Sequence record: MW879340.1
DNA length: 64,000 bases
Reading direction: 5' to 3' (one strand)
Shown: positions 1-11,864 of the stretch, one piece after another
Layout: each line of letters starts with the position of its first letter
Position numbering within the stretch: position 1 is the stretch's first letter
Made by a program: the position numbers and the translations under genes
The notes under the pieces: generated by a model
Told to the model about the DNA's origin: nothing
Databases searched by the model: none
The model's input: the letters and a program-made list of their open reading frames with translations, nothing else

Positions 1-30
1 AATATCTCACCGCCATCAAATAAAGAACAA

Positions 31-240
31 ATGGGTTTCATGTATGCCATTGATGGTTTCACGTCGGACGGTGACGCTATTCTTAGTTACCACAATGTCG
101 ATGGCGATTACATCGAACATCGTTGTGTAGAGGCGCGTAATATCGAGTCAACCATTGAGATGCTGAAGTTCGGTATTGACGCTCACGGCAGAATCATTTT
201 CAATCACGGTTGGGCGCGGCGTCTATTCGAACGAGAGTAA
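31..240 (+). CDS. hypothetical protein (69 aa)
   Basis: ORF co-oriented with the downstream gene run; no recognised motif. Confidence 0.55.
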   Translation: MGFMYAIDGFTSDGDAILSYHNVDGDYIEHRCVEARNIESTIEMLKFGIDAHGRIIFNHGWARRLFERE

Positions 241-298
241 AACCGAACATCTTTGCACCATTATTTGAGCTTTAACTATAACCAAAAAGGGAACTGTA

Positions 299-568
299 AT
301 GTCTGTTAGTAAGCGTAAAGTGGGAAGTCGTTTCTTGAAGCTGGTAGCCCTGGCCTTCGTTGTTTATGTCATCGGTATGTTCTTCTTCCTTAACGGAATA
401 GACTCACCGAGCAAGCTGGATGGGTTCCAGAAAACCAGCGTTGATAACACCCCCATCTTTAACCTTACCGAACCGCACACGCAGTGCCAATACGTGTACG
501 ACTCAGTAAACAAAACCGTGAAGCAGGCCAAAGGGTCTGAACACTGTGAATTACCATCATTCAATTAA
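299..568 (+). CDS. small membrane protein
   Basis: Basic N-terminus then hydrophobic segment LVALAFVVYVIGMFFFL; AAGGGA RBS. Confidence 0.7.
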   Translation: MSVSKRKVGSRFLKLVALAFVVYVIGMFFFLNGIDSPSKLDGFQKTSVDNTPIFNLTEPHTQCQYVYDSVNKTVKQAKGSEHCELPSFN

Positions 569-590
569 CTTAACTCGTAGGGAACAAAAA

Positions 591-1064
591 ATGAAAAAGA
601 TCATGACGGCTGAAGAATGGGTAGTCTGGTTAGAAAAACAGATGGTGGAAAACACCGAATGTGGGATGGAGTGGACGCCAGGTCATTTGGTTGCCAACAT
701 CTTTGATATCACCACGTACGACGATGCCGCGGACCGTGTGTTCGCTGAGCACATCGTTGAAGTACTTACAGCGATTGCGACAAGAACCACGTTTGAGTAC
801 CAGGCGCAATCCACTGAACATTATTATCGTTTCTTGACGGTAATCAATTTCAAGAACATCTACCCGATGCTGGAGTGGGGTACATCTATTCGTGGCTGTT
901 GGTTTAACTTAGGGTTTGGTAAGAAGTTTGACCCTGTTGATTATCTGACTCGTTTCCAGGATCAAGTATACCCGGTCATTGAATCTCAGGAAGAGATGGC
1001 TGAGTTTGTCAAAGCACTTCGCACGTACCTCGACACCCACCCAGAAACAGAAGACAAGGAATAA
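591..1064 (+). CDS. hypothetical protein
   Basis: ATG 591 after AGGGA RBS (track ORF starts 546); no recognised family. Confidence 0.8.
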   Translation: MKKIMTAEEWVVWLEKQMVENTECGMEWTPGHLVANIFDITTYDDAADRVFAEHIVEVLTAIATRTTFEYQAQSTEHYYRFLTVINFKNIYPMLEWGTSIRGCWFNLGFGKKFDPVDYLTRFQDQVYPVIESQEEMAEFVKALRTYLDTHPETEDKE

Positions 1065-1069
1065 CCCGT

Positions 1070-1678
1070 ATGAAAACTATTGCTGACCTGTCTATCAAAC
1101 AACTGAACTCCCTTGCCCATATTGCGATGCTCCGTTTGGACCGTCGCGTGGTGTTTATGGCCGACTCACCAAAAGAAGTCTTTAAAGAAGCGCTTAAAGA
1201 CACGTTATCAGCGTATGAAATGCGTGTACTATTGAAGCTGTTGCCTAACCTCAACATTGGTCAAGTGCCGCTTATCAATGAGCGTGATGAACCGGGTGTT
1301 GCGTTAGTGAAAGCGACCTGGATCGGTATCAATACGTTCGGTCTGGATCGTTTCTTTGCCGGTAGTACACCTAACGGCTACGGTAAGTATAAAAATGAAT
1401 ACATTATCGATTCGCTGGTCCCGATTAATCTGGAAGGGAATTTCAACCATCGTGGCGTGGAAGCTAAGCTGGCCGTAGATTTATACGTCGGTCTGCTGGA
1501 ACGTTTCTATTCACTGGAGTTTCGTGCAACACGTCCGTGCAACGATAACATCTTAAGCAGCACCCGATCTAACATCGGTAACTATTGGGATAACATTGCT
1601 GTTAGGCGTCATCTCGGTAAAGACGTGTCCAAATGGGCCGCGCACGTTGAAAAGCATACAGGTGGTAAACGTGGCTAA
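1070..1678 (+). CDS. hypothetical protein
   Basis: 202-aa ORF, AAGGA RBS, tight packing. Confidence 0.8.
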   Translation: MKTIADLSIKQLNSLAHIAMLRLDRRVVFMADSPKEVFKEALKDTLSAYEMRVLLKLLPNLNIGQVPLINERDEPGVALVKATWIGINTFGLDRFFAGSTPNGYGKYKNEYIIDSLVPINLEGNFNHRGVEAKLAVDLYVGLLERFYSLEFRATRPCNDNILSSTRSNIGNYWDNIAVRRHLGKDVSKWAAHVEKHTGGKRG

Positions 1679-2036
1679 ACCAAAGATGCGCGGTAAGTCA
1701 ATCGATGTGGAAGTCAGTGGTGTAATTTATACATTCAACCCCATTGATGGCACCTTCGCTGATATCGAACCTAACAAGCTGATCATCATTGCGTTGGATC
1801 TGAAACGCAATTGTTTCACAGACATCTGGGTGTGTGATGCTGAAACAGATTACGAGCTTCAGGGTCACATGGAAGCTATCCTGGTCAGCGATCGGCATAA
1901 GTGGTTCGATAAGAGTCATGCGATGACCCGCTTAACAGCATGCGATGCTAATTCGTACTCCTTCACAGGACCGAATAAGAAAACCATTAACATGGTACGT
2001 ATGGGCGATAAATTCTACGCTACCAAATTAAACTGA
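1671..2036 (+). CDS. hypothetical protein
   Basis: GTG 1671 with AGGTGG RBS, overlaps previous stop (track ORF starts 1596). Confidence 0.7.
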   Translation: MAKPKMRGKSIDVEVSGVIYTFNPIDGTFADIEPNKLIIIALDLKRNCFTDIWVCDAETDYELQGHMEAILVSDRHKWFDKSHAMTRLTACDANSYSFTGPNKKTINMVRMGDKFYATKLN

Positions 2037-2043
2037 GGCTATT

Positions 2044-4586
<2,543 letters not shown>

Positions 4587-4622
4587 CGTAACGCAGGACA
4601 AGGATGTCCTTGAGGAACAACG

Positions 4623-5078
4623 ATGACCCGTTTAGGTGAAGAAATAAAACGTCTCAAAGAAAGCCGCACTGCACGGTTAGTTGAGGCCGGCAAAGAACTG
4701 ACCGCTGTCGTGCGCGTGATTGCCGATGAACTTTGTGATTTGTTTGAACGTGCGTTAGACACGGACAAGATCAATGATGAATCCGACTTGGCTAAAGTAA
4801 CCGCGCTTAAGCAACCGATACTGTTATGCACTATCGGTCATGACGGGGCAATGTTACGCGTTGACCTTGACCGCTACAATAACGGTCAGTTTAAGCAGTT
4901 TAACGATATACAGCGCGGCATGGTCCTTGATATCGCGACTGCACTGATACAGGAAAAATACCCTGAGTACAAGGTATCGCGTAATGGAGGTGATATTTGT
5001 ATCGCCGAACCACCGCCACCACCAATGTCATTTATCCAGTGGGTTCGCTCTCTGTTTAAACCGCGGGAGTTAATCTGA
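4623..5078 (+). CDS. hypothetical protein
   Basis: 151-aa ORF, GAGGA RBS. Confidence 0.75.
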   Translation: MTRLGEEIKRLKESRTARLVEAGKELTAVVRVIADELCDLFERALDTDKINDESDLAKVTALKQPILLCTIGHDGAMLRVDLDRYNNGQFKQFNDIQRGMVLDIATALIQEKYPEYKVSRNGGDICIAEPPPPPMSFIQWVRSLFKPRELI

Positions 5079-5428
5079 TGCCGTTCATTGTGTACAAAGC
5101 AAAGAAGGTCAAACTCACGCCCGCCGCGTTCCAACAAGTCATCCGTATTTTCCGTAAAAAGAAACGTAATCTGGATAACATATGCGTCAAAGAAGTGTAT
5201 GTGCTGGATACCGATGACCATGGTGAATTCCTGACCGCTAAAGGTACATTGATTGTACTGGTAAACGTCAACGGCAAGCCAACGCAGTTTACTCACCTGT
5301 GGGGAGGCGACATCCGCGACATGCTGGATGCCTTCCATCCTGAACTTGAAGAAACCGATCATCGTGTGCGCCTGGATCACGAATGCCACATTGATGACTT
5401 CCGTGGTGTGACTTACACCCGCTATTAA
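5078..5428 (+). CDS. hypothetical protein
   Basis: TGATG stop/start coupling with upstream gene. Confidence 0.75.
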   Translation: MPFIVYKAKKVKLTPAAFQQVIRIFRKKKRNLDNICVKEVYVLDTDDHGEFLTAKGTLIVLVNVNGKPTQFTHLWGGDIRDMLDAFHPELEETDHRVRLDHECHIDDFRGVTYTRY

Positions 5429-5437
5429 GGAACCTGT

Positions 5438-6127
5438 ATGAAAGATGCACACAAGAATTTCATCGGTGGTTTGATTAAGACCACCTACCCAGTTGTCAGC
5501 GAAGACTCCACAGAGCTGTTGCTTGGCTGGCACTACGAAGCACCCGACCGTCATGTATTGCCTGATACCGGACCTGTCGAGCACGACCGTGCATTGGTGA
5601 ACGGTGAGCTGATGTATACGTTCACCGAAGGTAAGTGGGAATTCGACTTACTCTACACCAATCGCTTCCATAAATTCGAAGGTATGCAGTACGTCACCAA
5701 GACGGGTCCGACTACACCGGCTGTTGAAGGTTTGGACTTCTCCTCCAAGCCGCGTAACGAATGGACCATGGGTAATTGGATTGCTCATGTAGGTGGCAGT
5801 ATTCGTTCTGACCACTTCGTCACGTTCGGTAGTGTGATGGCTGTTGACATGATGGTGCAACAGATTCTTAAAAATGTCCTGGGTGTAAAGAAAGAAGGCA
5901 TCAGTCTTTCTTTGCGTGGCGGTACGGAAATGCAGCGTTTGATGCTTGCCACTGCGATCACTGGCGCAATCGAACCCATCACGGTTAACCCTGGCTACAA
6001 TCTGAAGAAGTTCATTGAAGCACAGGGTGAGAACATTCTCACGTTTGAGCAGTCAGTTGTGATCATGGACGCGATCGAAAACAGCGGCGGCGTTAATATC
6101 GAAATTGCAGCAGATAAGGCAGAATAA
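5438..6127 (+). CDS. hypothetical protein
   Basis: 229-aa ORF, AAGGA RBS. Confidence 0.8.
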   Translation: MKDAHKNFIGGLIKTTYPVVSEDSTELLLGWHYEAPDRHVLPDTGPVEHDRALVNGELMYTFTEGKWEFDLLYTNRFHKFEGMQYVTKTGPTTPAVEGLDFSSKPRNEWTMGNWIAHVGGSIRSDHFVTFGSVMAVDMMVQQILKNVLGVKKEGISLSLRGGTEMQRLMLATAITGAIEPITVNPGYNLKKFIEAQGENILTFEQSVVIMDAIENSGGVNIEIAADKAE

Positions 6128-6129
6128 CA

Positions 6130-8430
6130 ATGACACAGGAATTACGTAGTTACGAACGTTTGTCGCCGGAACTGTCACTGCTGGATCAACGCATCAGCGT
6201 AGATACCACCAACGATGGGCTGATCACTGACTACCTGGTCACCGGTGCACGTGGCTGGGATTGGCTGTGCCAGCTTTACCCCGGTGCGATGCTCCTTGAT
6301 CAGGAGAACATGGTTAACCATCGTTTAGCCGCGGATGATCTGATTGAATACCCGTCCATCATCCAGGTGTTCTCCACCACGGAAGGCGATAAGGCCAATT
6401 ATTACTTCCTCACCATTGAACTGGGTGAAGATGCAGACGCTATTGTTGCCGGTATCGAAAAACGCCTCAAAGCACCAAACGTCATCATCGACGAGTTCCC
6501 GTTTTACTTCAAACACACCTTGAAGCTTGATATCCCGGCTACGTGTGAAAACCCTGAAGCTTATCTGCGTGAGGTTGTTGAAACCTTCTGTATGGCCAGC
6601 AATATGGATAAGGCACGTGTTGGTGTGAGCCTTAACATCGTAACGGATGAAGTCCGTGCGAAGCTGATAGAAGACGTTAAGGACATCAATATCCTTGGCG
6701 GGTATCCGATCATCCATCGTGACACAAATCTGGATGTGAAAGCGCAATATCCTGAAACGTACACACTGGCCAACACAACAGCCGAACGTCTTGTTATTGA
6801 GGTTGAGACCGATTGCGAGAATCCGGAAGAAACCATTTCACGTGCAATCGATTTGTTCTGTGAAAAACACCCATCAATGTCCGCGCTGATTCCTGGTCAT
6901 AAAGAACAGTGGATCAAACGCATCATGGATTGTCGTTTCTTCGAAGATCTCAAAGTCGACGGCGGTACGTTAGACTATCCTGTTGATGAGCTGCTGGCAA
7001 TGGATCCTCCAAAGCGCGGTTGCCTTAAAAACTTCCTGGTCTGTGACGACCCGGCTTATTTAAATAACGGAGAGAAAGAAGTGGCTGATCTTAACAAAGC
7101 ACCGAAAGTTGAACTCAGTGAAAGCATCGCATGCCCTAAAGTAAAATACGAAGGCATTCGTGACACTGACGTTGTTGCGGTTGACATGGTGGCTGAATAC
7201 ACCCCGTTCATCCGTAAGTGGGCCGAAGACCGTAACATCATCGGTGGTGGTTCTACCACGCTGGACCAGTTTATCAAAGGTCTGACCGAAGCTGGCGAGC
7301 TCTGGACTCACATTGGTAAAGGTCAGCGTGAACTCATTCAGGACGACCTGGGTGATGTGTATGTGTGCCTGGTCAATGCCGCGGGTAACTTCGACATCAA
7401 ACTCGAAGAGCACATCCGTCCACTGACACCGTACAACATCCACAGCGGTCGTCAGCTGTATCAGCGTCGCGGCCTGAAGCGTTACAGCCTGCAAGTGCTG
7501 TACGGGTTGGCTGCGGTGTCTCAGTCTATTGAGAACGTGCTGGAAGCCGACAACGAACGTGATGTCGAGTTCTTCAAGACCGACTTCTGCGAGGCGTGTG
7601 CCGATGTGGTGTATGCACTGGAAACCATTGCCCTGGAACACGGTTGGTCATTGTCTGACTGCGTGATTGCGGCGTACGAAGATATTCGTGATAGAAAGGG
7701 ATTGATGGTCAACGGTACGTTTATCAAAGAGAAAGACTTCACCGGTGAAATGGTAAAAGCCGCTCTGGACGACGAACGTGTCAAAGACGAAACCAAGGTC
7801 TATCTGCGTGAATGGCTGCTGAAACAAGCTGGGCCGATTGGCGGTGCTTTAGCAACAGAGTCAACCGGTGACGAACCTGTGCCGGAGTTCTGGAAAGCAT
7901 GGAACGACGCCACCGGCAATGTTCGCAACGAAGCACCGTACGAATTGACTGAACAAGCCATTGCATTATCTAATAAACGCACCGGCGATCAGTTTACTAC
8001 TGTACTGGGTCTGTTCGGTAAACCAAACCACAACGGCGATGTATTCGTTATCACGCATGAGATGTTGAAAAGCAGCTTGGATACGCTGAAGGGTCGTTTG
8101 ATCGGTGAGTTTGGTAATCCAGTCGTAGACGGTAATGATCACGTCCAGATCATGCAGCGTCTAAACCTCACTCTGGTTGACAACGCGGTCGGCACTCTGG
8201 TCGACTACGCTATCAATGATCTGGGTGATGATAGTGTCGGGTCGGTCTTCGAAGTGGTTGGTTTGATCGAGCCTTCAAAACAGCTGAAGTCGCGCGTGTA
8301 TGCCGGTGAAGGCGGTCACTTCGGTATTCGCGCGATCACAAGTGTGGGAACTGACAACATGCAGTATAAGCATGTGGCTGCGCTTCTTGCTTTCGACCTC
8401 CACGTTAAAAATCCGCGGGAGATGAAATGA
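6130..8430 (+). CDS. multidomain protein: MazG-like nucleotide pyrophosphohydrolase domain plus C-terminal prohead-protease-like domain
   Basis: KWAEDRNII..QFIKGLTEAGEL..DDLGDVYVCLVN and AYEDIRDRKGLMVNGTFIKEKD are typical of phage MazG-like proteins; C-terminal NHNG..GEFGNP..FGIRAIT..AFDL follows the prohead protease motif order. Confidence 0.8.
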   Translation: MTQELRSYERLSPELSLLDQRISVDTTNDGLITDYLVTGARGWDWLCQLYPGAMLLDQENMVNHRLAADDLIEYPSIIQVFSTTEGDKANYYFLTIELGEDADAIVAGIEKRLKAPNVIIDEFPFYFKHTLKLDIPATCENPEAYLREVVETFCMASNMDKARVGVSLNIVTDEVRAKLIEDVKDINILGGYPIIHRDTNLDVKAQYPETYTLANTTAERLVIEVETDCENPEETISRAIDLFCEKHPSMSALIPGHKEQWIKRIMDCRFFEDLKVDGGTLDYPVDELLAMDPPKRGCLKNFLVCDDPAYLNNGEKEVADLNKAPKVELSESIACPKVKYEGIRDTDVVAVDMVAEYTPFIRKWAEDRNIIGGGSTTLDQFIKGLTEAGELWTHIGKGQRELIQDDLGDVYVCLVNAAGNFDIKLEEHIRPLTPYNIHSGRQLYQRRGLKRYSLQVLYGLAAVSQSIENVLEADNERDVEFFKTDFCEACADVVYALETIALEHGWSLSDCVIAAYEDIRDRKGLMVNGTFIKEKDFTGEMVKAALDDERVKDETKVYLREWLLKQAGPIGGALATESTGDEPVPEFWKAWNDATGNVRNEAPYELTEQAIALSNKRTGDQFTTVLGLFGKPNHNGDVFVITHEMLKSSLDTLKGRLIGEFGNPVVDGNDHVQIMQRLNLTLVDNAVGTLVDYAINDLGDDSVGSVFEVVGLIEPSKQLKSRVYAGEGGHFGIRAITSVGTDNMQYKHVAALLAFDLHVKNPREMK

Positions 8431-8801
8431 AAGTCACCGGCATCACCAAGCTCGAAGTTGCGTATCGTTTCAATACTGAAATGATGCACAAGTACTACGA
8501 GTTGTTTAAACAGGCGAAAGAAGCGCGTAAGAAACTGCGCGTGTACGCTGACCCAATTGCGCGTGAGCGTTTACAGCAGAATCACTTCCCGGTATTTACC
8601 GACGGTGAGTTTGCTGAGCTCGATATCAACGCATACCCTAATGATGAAATGCACGCAGCCAACATTGGTCGCGGTATGTCAAACGGGTTCGTGTTGATCA
8701 TTGACTGGAATGGTCGTTACACCGACATTCTCAGTGCCTCACTGGCTGCAAGTGGTACAACCGGTTACATCGTTAAAAACCTGGTTGAAACACAGCGTTA
8801 A
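8427..8801 (+). CDS. hypothetical protein
   Basis: ATGA overlap with upstream gene. Confidence 0.75.
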   Translation: MKVTGITKLEVAYRFNTEMMHKYYELFKQAKEARKKLRVYADPIARERLQQNHFPVFTDGEFAELDINAYPNDEMHAANIGRGMSNGFVLIIDWNGRYTDILSASLAASGTTGYIVKNLVETQR

Positions 8802-8806
8802 AATGC

Positions 8807-8828
8807 AAGGGAGGGGAAACCCTCCCTT
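8807..8828 (+). terminator. hairpin terminator
   Basis: AAGGGAGGG-GAAA-CCCTCCCTT directly after stop codon. Confidence 0.7.
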
Positions 8829-8856
8829 TATACCCTTAACCCGTTGGAACTCTATC

Positions 8857-9126
8857 ATGCTGAGTAAACTATACCTGCGCGTTTACTGGTCGCTGCATTT
8901 CTATATGCGTTCACACCCACTGGTTACGCCAGGGGTATTATGGTGTGCATTGATCATGTTTGTGCTTTGGACGTATAACGTAGTGCATTTCGTTTCAGGT
9001 CTATATCACAAGCGTGATGAACCAACTGTAATTGGTCAGCGTGTTGTAAAAGAATTCTTCTATCTGCCAGATAGCAAGGGCATTGTGAATCTGGTAGCAG
9101 ATATCAATAAAAAGGACAGTAAATGA
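8857..9126 (+). CDS. membrane protein
   Basis: ATG 8857 (track ORF starts 8701); TM segment GVLWCALIMFVLWTY. Confidence 0.65.
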   Translation: MLSKLYLRVYWSLHFYMRSHPLVTPGVLWCALIMFVLWTYNVVHFVSGLYHKRDEPTVIGQRVVKEFFYLPDSKGIVNLVADINKKDSK

Positions 9127-9323
9127 AACCGTTGATGGTAATGCTGTTGATCTTCTTTGTTACCGGCTGTGAAAAGGATGATGAGTATCGCCGTCTGGAA
9201 AGCGGTTATCGCCTCGAGATGCTGAGCTGCTGGAAAGCCAACGTCGGTAACGAAGGCATGTGCAACGAGAAGTACAACGACCAGGTTAAGAAACTCAAGG
9301 AGCGCTTAAATGCAGAAGCTTGA
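9123..9323 (+). CDS. small lipoprotein
   Basis: Signal peptide MKPLMVMLLIFF plus lipobox VTGC; AAGGA RBS. Confidence 0.7.
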   Translation: MKPLMVMLLIFFVTGCEKDDEYRRLESGYRLEMLSCWKANVGNEGMCNEKYNDQVKKLKERLNAEA

Positions 9324-9768
9324 CAAGATAGCCCAGTTGACTGATGCACAATTGGTCTACGGGGTATTGAAGTATCTGGGTTATGACATCTTTGACTGCG
9401 GTGATCATGACGAAACCAGTCCTCACTGTTGGCCAGGTAATGGTAAAGTCACTGAACTTGCTGCGACCAAAAACATTGTGACTATTGGTCTGATGGGTGA
9501 GATTCACTTAGAAGGCTATGGTATCAGTCAGCAAATCCACTGCAACGGTGTCGTGGGTGGTCATCTGAATCAGCTGGTCAATCGTGATGCCGTCAGTAAT
9601 ATCACGACGGACTCCAACGGACAATACGTGGTGAGTGTCATCATGGGGATGGATCCGGAAGCAACCTGTTATGTTCATGGCGGTGATCTGTATAAAGCAA
9701 TCTGTTACGGATTCATCATGCGTCATTGTGACGGAACCTTAGACGTTCCGGACGTGCTGGTAAAATAA
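9310..9768 (+). CDS. hypothetical protein, possible DUF2591/phage ABA-sandwich family
   Basis: N-terminal LTDAQL and C-terminal GGDLYKAICYGFIMRHCDGTLDVPDVL resemble that family's termini; family call tentative. Confidence 0.5.
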   Translation: MQKLDKIAQLTDAQLVYGVLKYLGYDIFDCGDHDETSPHCWPGNGKVTELAATKNIVTIGLMGEIHLEGYGISQQIHCNGVVGGHLNQLVNRDAVSNITTDSNGQYVVSVIMGMDPEATCYVHGGDLYKAICYGFIMRHCDGTLDVPDVLVK

Positions 9769-9771
9769 TAA

Positions 9772-10356
9772 ATGAAAAGAACGAAAAACATTCGCCATGA
9801 GCGTTTCCGTAAGGTACATCGCTTTGGCTCTTTATCTATGGCGTTAATGGTTGCAACCGGTGCTTTTGCCATGACAGGTTGTGACGAAGTGGCTGACCAG
9901 CAAGTTGCAATGTATCGCAACTCCGACGACTGCGTAAAAGCAAACCCGTCTGAAACGGAGCAGTGTAATAAGGCCTGGCAGCGCGCATTGCAGGAAAGCG
10001 ACAAGACGGGTCCGAAGTACAACAATCAGCAAGACTGTACGGACGAGTTCGGGACCAATCAGTGTTACCAACACAGCAGCAGCGGCGGTGGTTTTGTTTA
10101 CATGCCGTATCCGGGTGGTTTCATGTACGGTGGTCACGGCAACTACAGTCAGCCTCTGTATTCATCCAGTCGTTCGTCCAGCCCGATGTATCGCAGCTTC
10201 TCTGATGCGTCCGGTCGTAATTACGGCAGCAACATCTCTGGTCGCAACATCATGACTACCCGTACGGCTATCTCACCAAAACCTGCAACAACCTCAACCG
10301 TAACCCGTGGTGGGTTTGGACGCTCTGTCTCATCCCACGCTAGCTTTGGAGGCTAG
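9772..10356 (+). CDS. ygiB: YgiB/DUF1190-family lipoprotein
   Basis: MKRTKNIRHERFRK, lipobox MTGC, Y.N.DDC...NP...C, KY..QQDC..EFG..QC, PKPATTSTVTRGGFG match enterobacterial YgiB. Confidence 0.92.
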   Translation: MKRTKNIRHERFRKVHRFGSLSMALMVATGAFAMTGCDEVADQQVAMYRNSDDCVKANPSETEQCNKAWQRALQESDKTGPKYNNQQDCTDEFGTNQCYQHSSSGGGFVYMPYPGGFMYGGHGNYSQPLYSSSRSSSPMYRSFSDASGRNYGSNISGRNIMTTRTAISPKPATTSTVTRGGFGRSVSSHASFGG

Positions 10357-10357
10357 A

Positions 10358-10783
10358 ATGAAATCGATCTCTGAATTAGTGGCAGAACTCAATAAGAAAG
10401 ACGACGCCATTAATTGTACGGCGGCTGATCTTAAGAACAAACTCATTACTGACATGAAGTCTGACGTCATTGCAATCGTTGATGAGATCATCAACGGTAA
10501 GCTACTGCCGAACGACTTTGGCGAGTATCGTCGTAAAGGGACGAAGGCGCGCGTAACGGTCAAAGGATTGTGTGTTGAAACCGACTACAACACCTACTAT
10601 GAACGGTACGTCCGCATACTGGGTCAGGACACGGGTGTTTATGAGCACTTCAGGGATCTGTCGGCAATCGGTCGGGTAGTTGCAAAAGAAGTCACCAACG
10701 AAGGCAGTCACTTCTGTGGGTTTGAAGGTAAGCAGTGCATCATGACATCTACCTTCTTCGTGTTCCTGGTTAACGACCGTTAA
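10358..10783 (+). CDS. hypothetical protein
   Basis: ATG 10358 with GGAGG RBS (track ORF starts 10307). Confidence 0.75.
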   Translation: MKSISELVAELNKKDDAINCTAADLKNKLITDMKSDVIAIVDEIINGKLLPNDFGEYRRKGTKARVTVKGLCVETDYNTYYERYVRILGQDTGVYEHFRDLSAIGRVVAKEVTNEGSHFCGFEGKQCIMTSTFFVFLVNDR

Positions 10784-10791
10784 GGATCTTT

Positions 10792-11139
10792 ATGTCAACA
10801 CGTAACGATCTCAAATTCGGGGCTGCTATTATCGGGGCCTGGATTCTGTACATCCTGTTCTATGGCTGGTATCGTCGTTGGTTTGCAATAAACCGTACGG
10901 TACTGCATAACGGGGATCAGTTGGTTGAATACCGTAAAACGTTATACAACAAACATCTGATCAAAGCAGTGAATCAGTTGTGGGCGAAGTCAGATATTCC
11001 CTTTCCCATGACGATCGAAGAACGTATGTGTTGGTGGCGACCTGTTGAAGAATACAAGTTCTTTAACCGTGAACTCACCTACACGTTCGACAAAGAGTGG
11101 AACATCGTTTCCAACAAAACCAAAAACTACGTTTATTAA
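10792..11139 (+). CDS. membrane-anchored hypothetical protein
   Basis: N-terminal TM FGAAIIGAWILYILFYGWY followed by RRW. Confidence 0.75.
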   Translation: MSTRNDLKFGAAIIGAWILYILFYGWYRRWFAINRTVLHNGDQLVEYRKTLYNKHLIKAVNQLWAKSDIPFPMTIEERMCWWRPVEEYKFFNRELTYTFDKEWNIVSNKTKNYVY

Positions 11140-11179
11140 TCTAACCTCAACGTGGGCAATTGAGCTCCAGGAGATAAAG

Positions 11180-11854
11180 ATGAGTATTGAAGTATTAAAC
11201 CGTGCATTCGCACTGTGCATTAACAACGAAGAAGAAGAGATGCGTTTGGTTATTCGCGTGAGTGAAAACAACATGCGTGAACTGACCCGTTTCATTCGTT
11301 TCGACGCCTTAGGCTTTAAGAACATGAAAGGCGATGACATCTTCTTTACCAACGCACACAAAGTTTCGTCTAATGACGGTGTGGTGGAATCACCGCAAGG
11401 TAAAGTGTTCTTTACCATCGAAGACGGGACTGTGGTGTTCCGTCCGCTGAATGGTTCACTGGGTCAGTTCGTGTTCAAAGCCACGCTGGATGAATTAGCG
11501 ACAACGTTAATTCGTGAATCTAACCTGAGACGCTGGGATGATTACTGCCTGGGCGAACTGGGTTACAACGGACACGTGGTGCACTTCTACAGCCATCTGC
11601 TGTTTGACGACATGGTTACAATCACTGACCGTGAATCGTTCTACATCGAACTGACCCGTAAAGATGGGTATTGGGATCTTGGTAGCCAGTTCATTACCAA
11701 TGACATGTGGATGCGCTTGGCTGAAATCCATCGCACGAACACTGATTTCCTGCCGCCGCATGATGTTCCATTGCGTGCCCAGGTGATGAAGATCATGAAT
11801 TTCCATGACTTCAATTCCGTGCGGGATATCAAAAACTTTTTCAATATCCTGTAA
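11180..11854 (+). CDS. hypothetical protein
   Basis: ATG 11180 with AGGAG RBS (track ORF starts 11045). Confidence 0.75.
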   Translation: MSIEVLNRAFALCINNEEEEMRLVIRVSENNMRELTRFIRFDALGFKNMKGDDIFFTNAHKVSSNDGVVESPQGKVFFTIEDGTVVFRPLNGSLGQFVFKATLDELATTLIRESNLRRWDDYCLGELGYNGHVVHFYSHLLFDDMVTITDRESFYIELTRKDGYWDLGSQFITNDMWMRLAEIHRTNTDFLPPHDVPLRAQVMKIMNFHDFNSVRDIKNFFNIL

Positions 11855-11864
11855 GGGTTCGGCC

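Noticed and set aside
4886-5584. 232-aa minus-strand ORF (likewise 7060-7641, 11507-12118, 14828-15532, 46224-46811)
   Set aside because: Antisense to well-supported plus-strand genes, with no RBS or motifs
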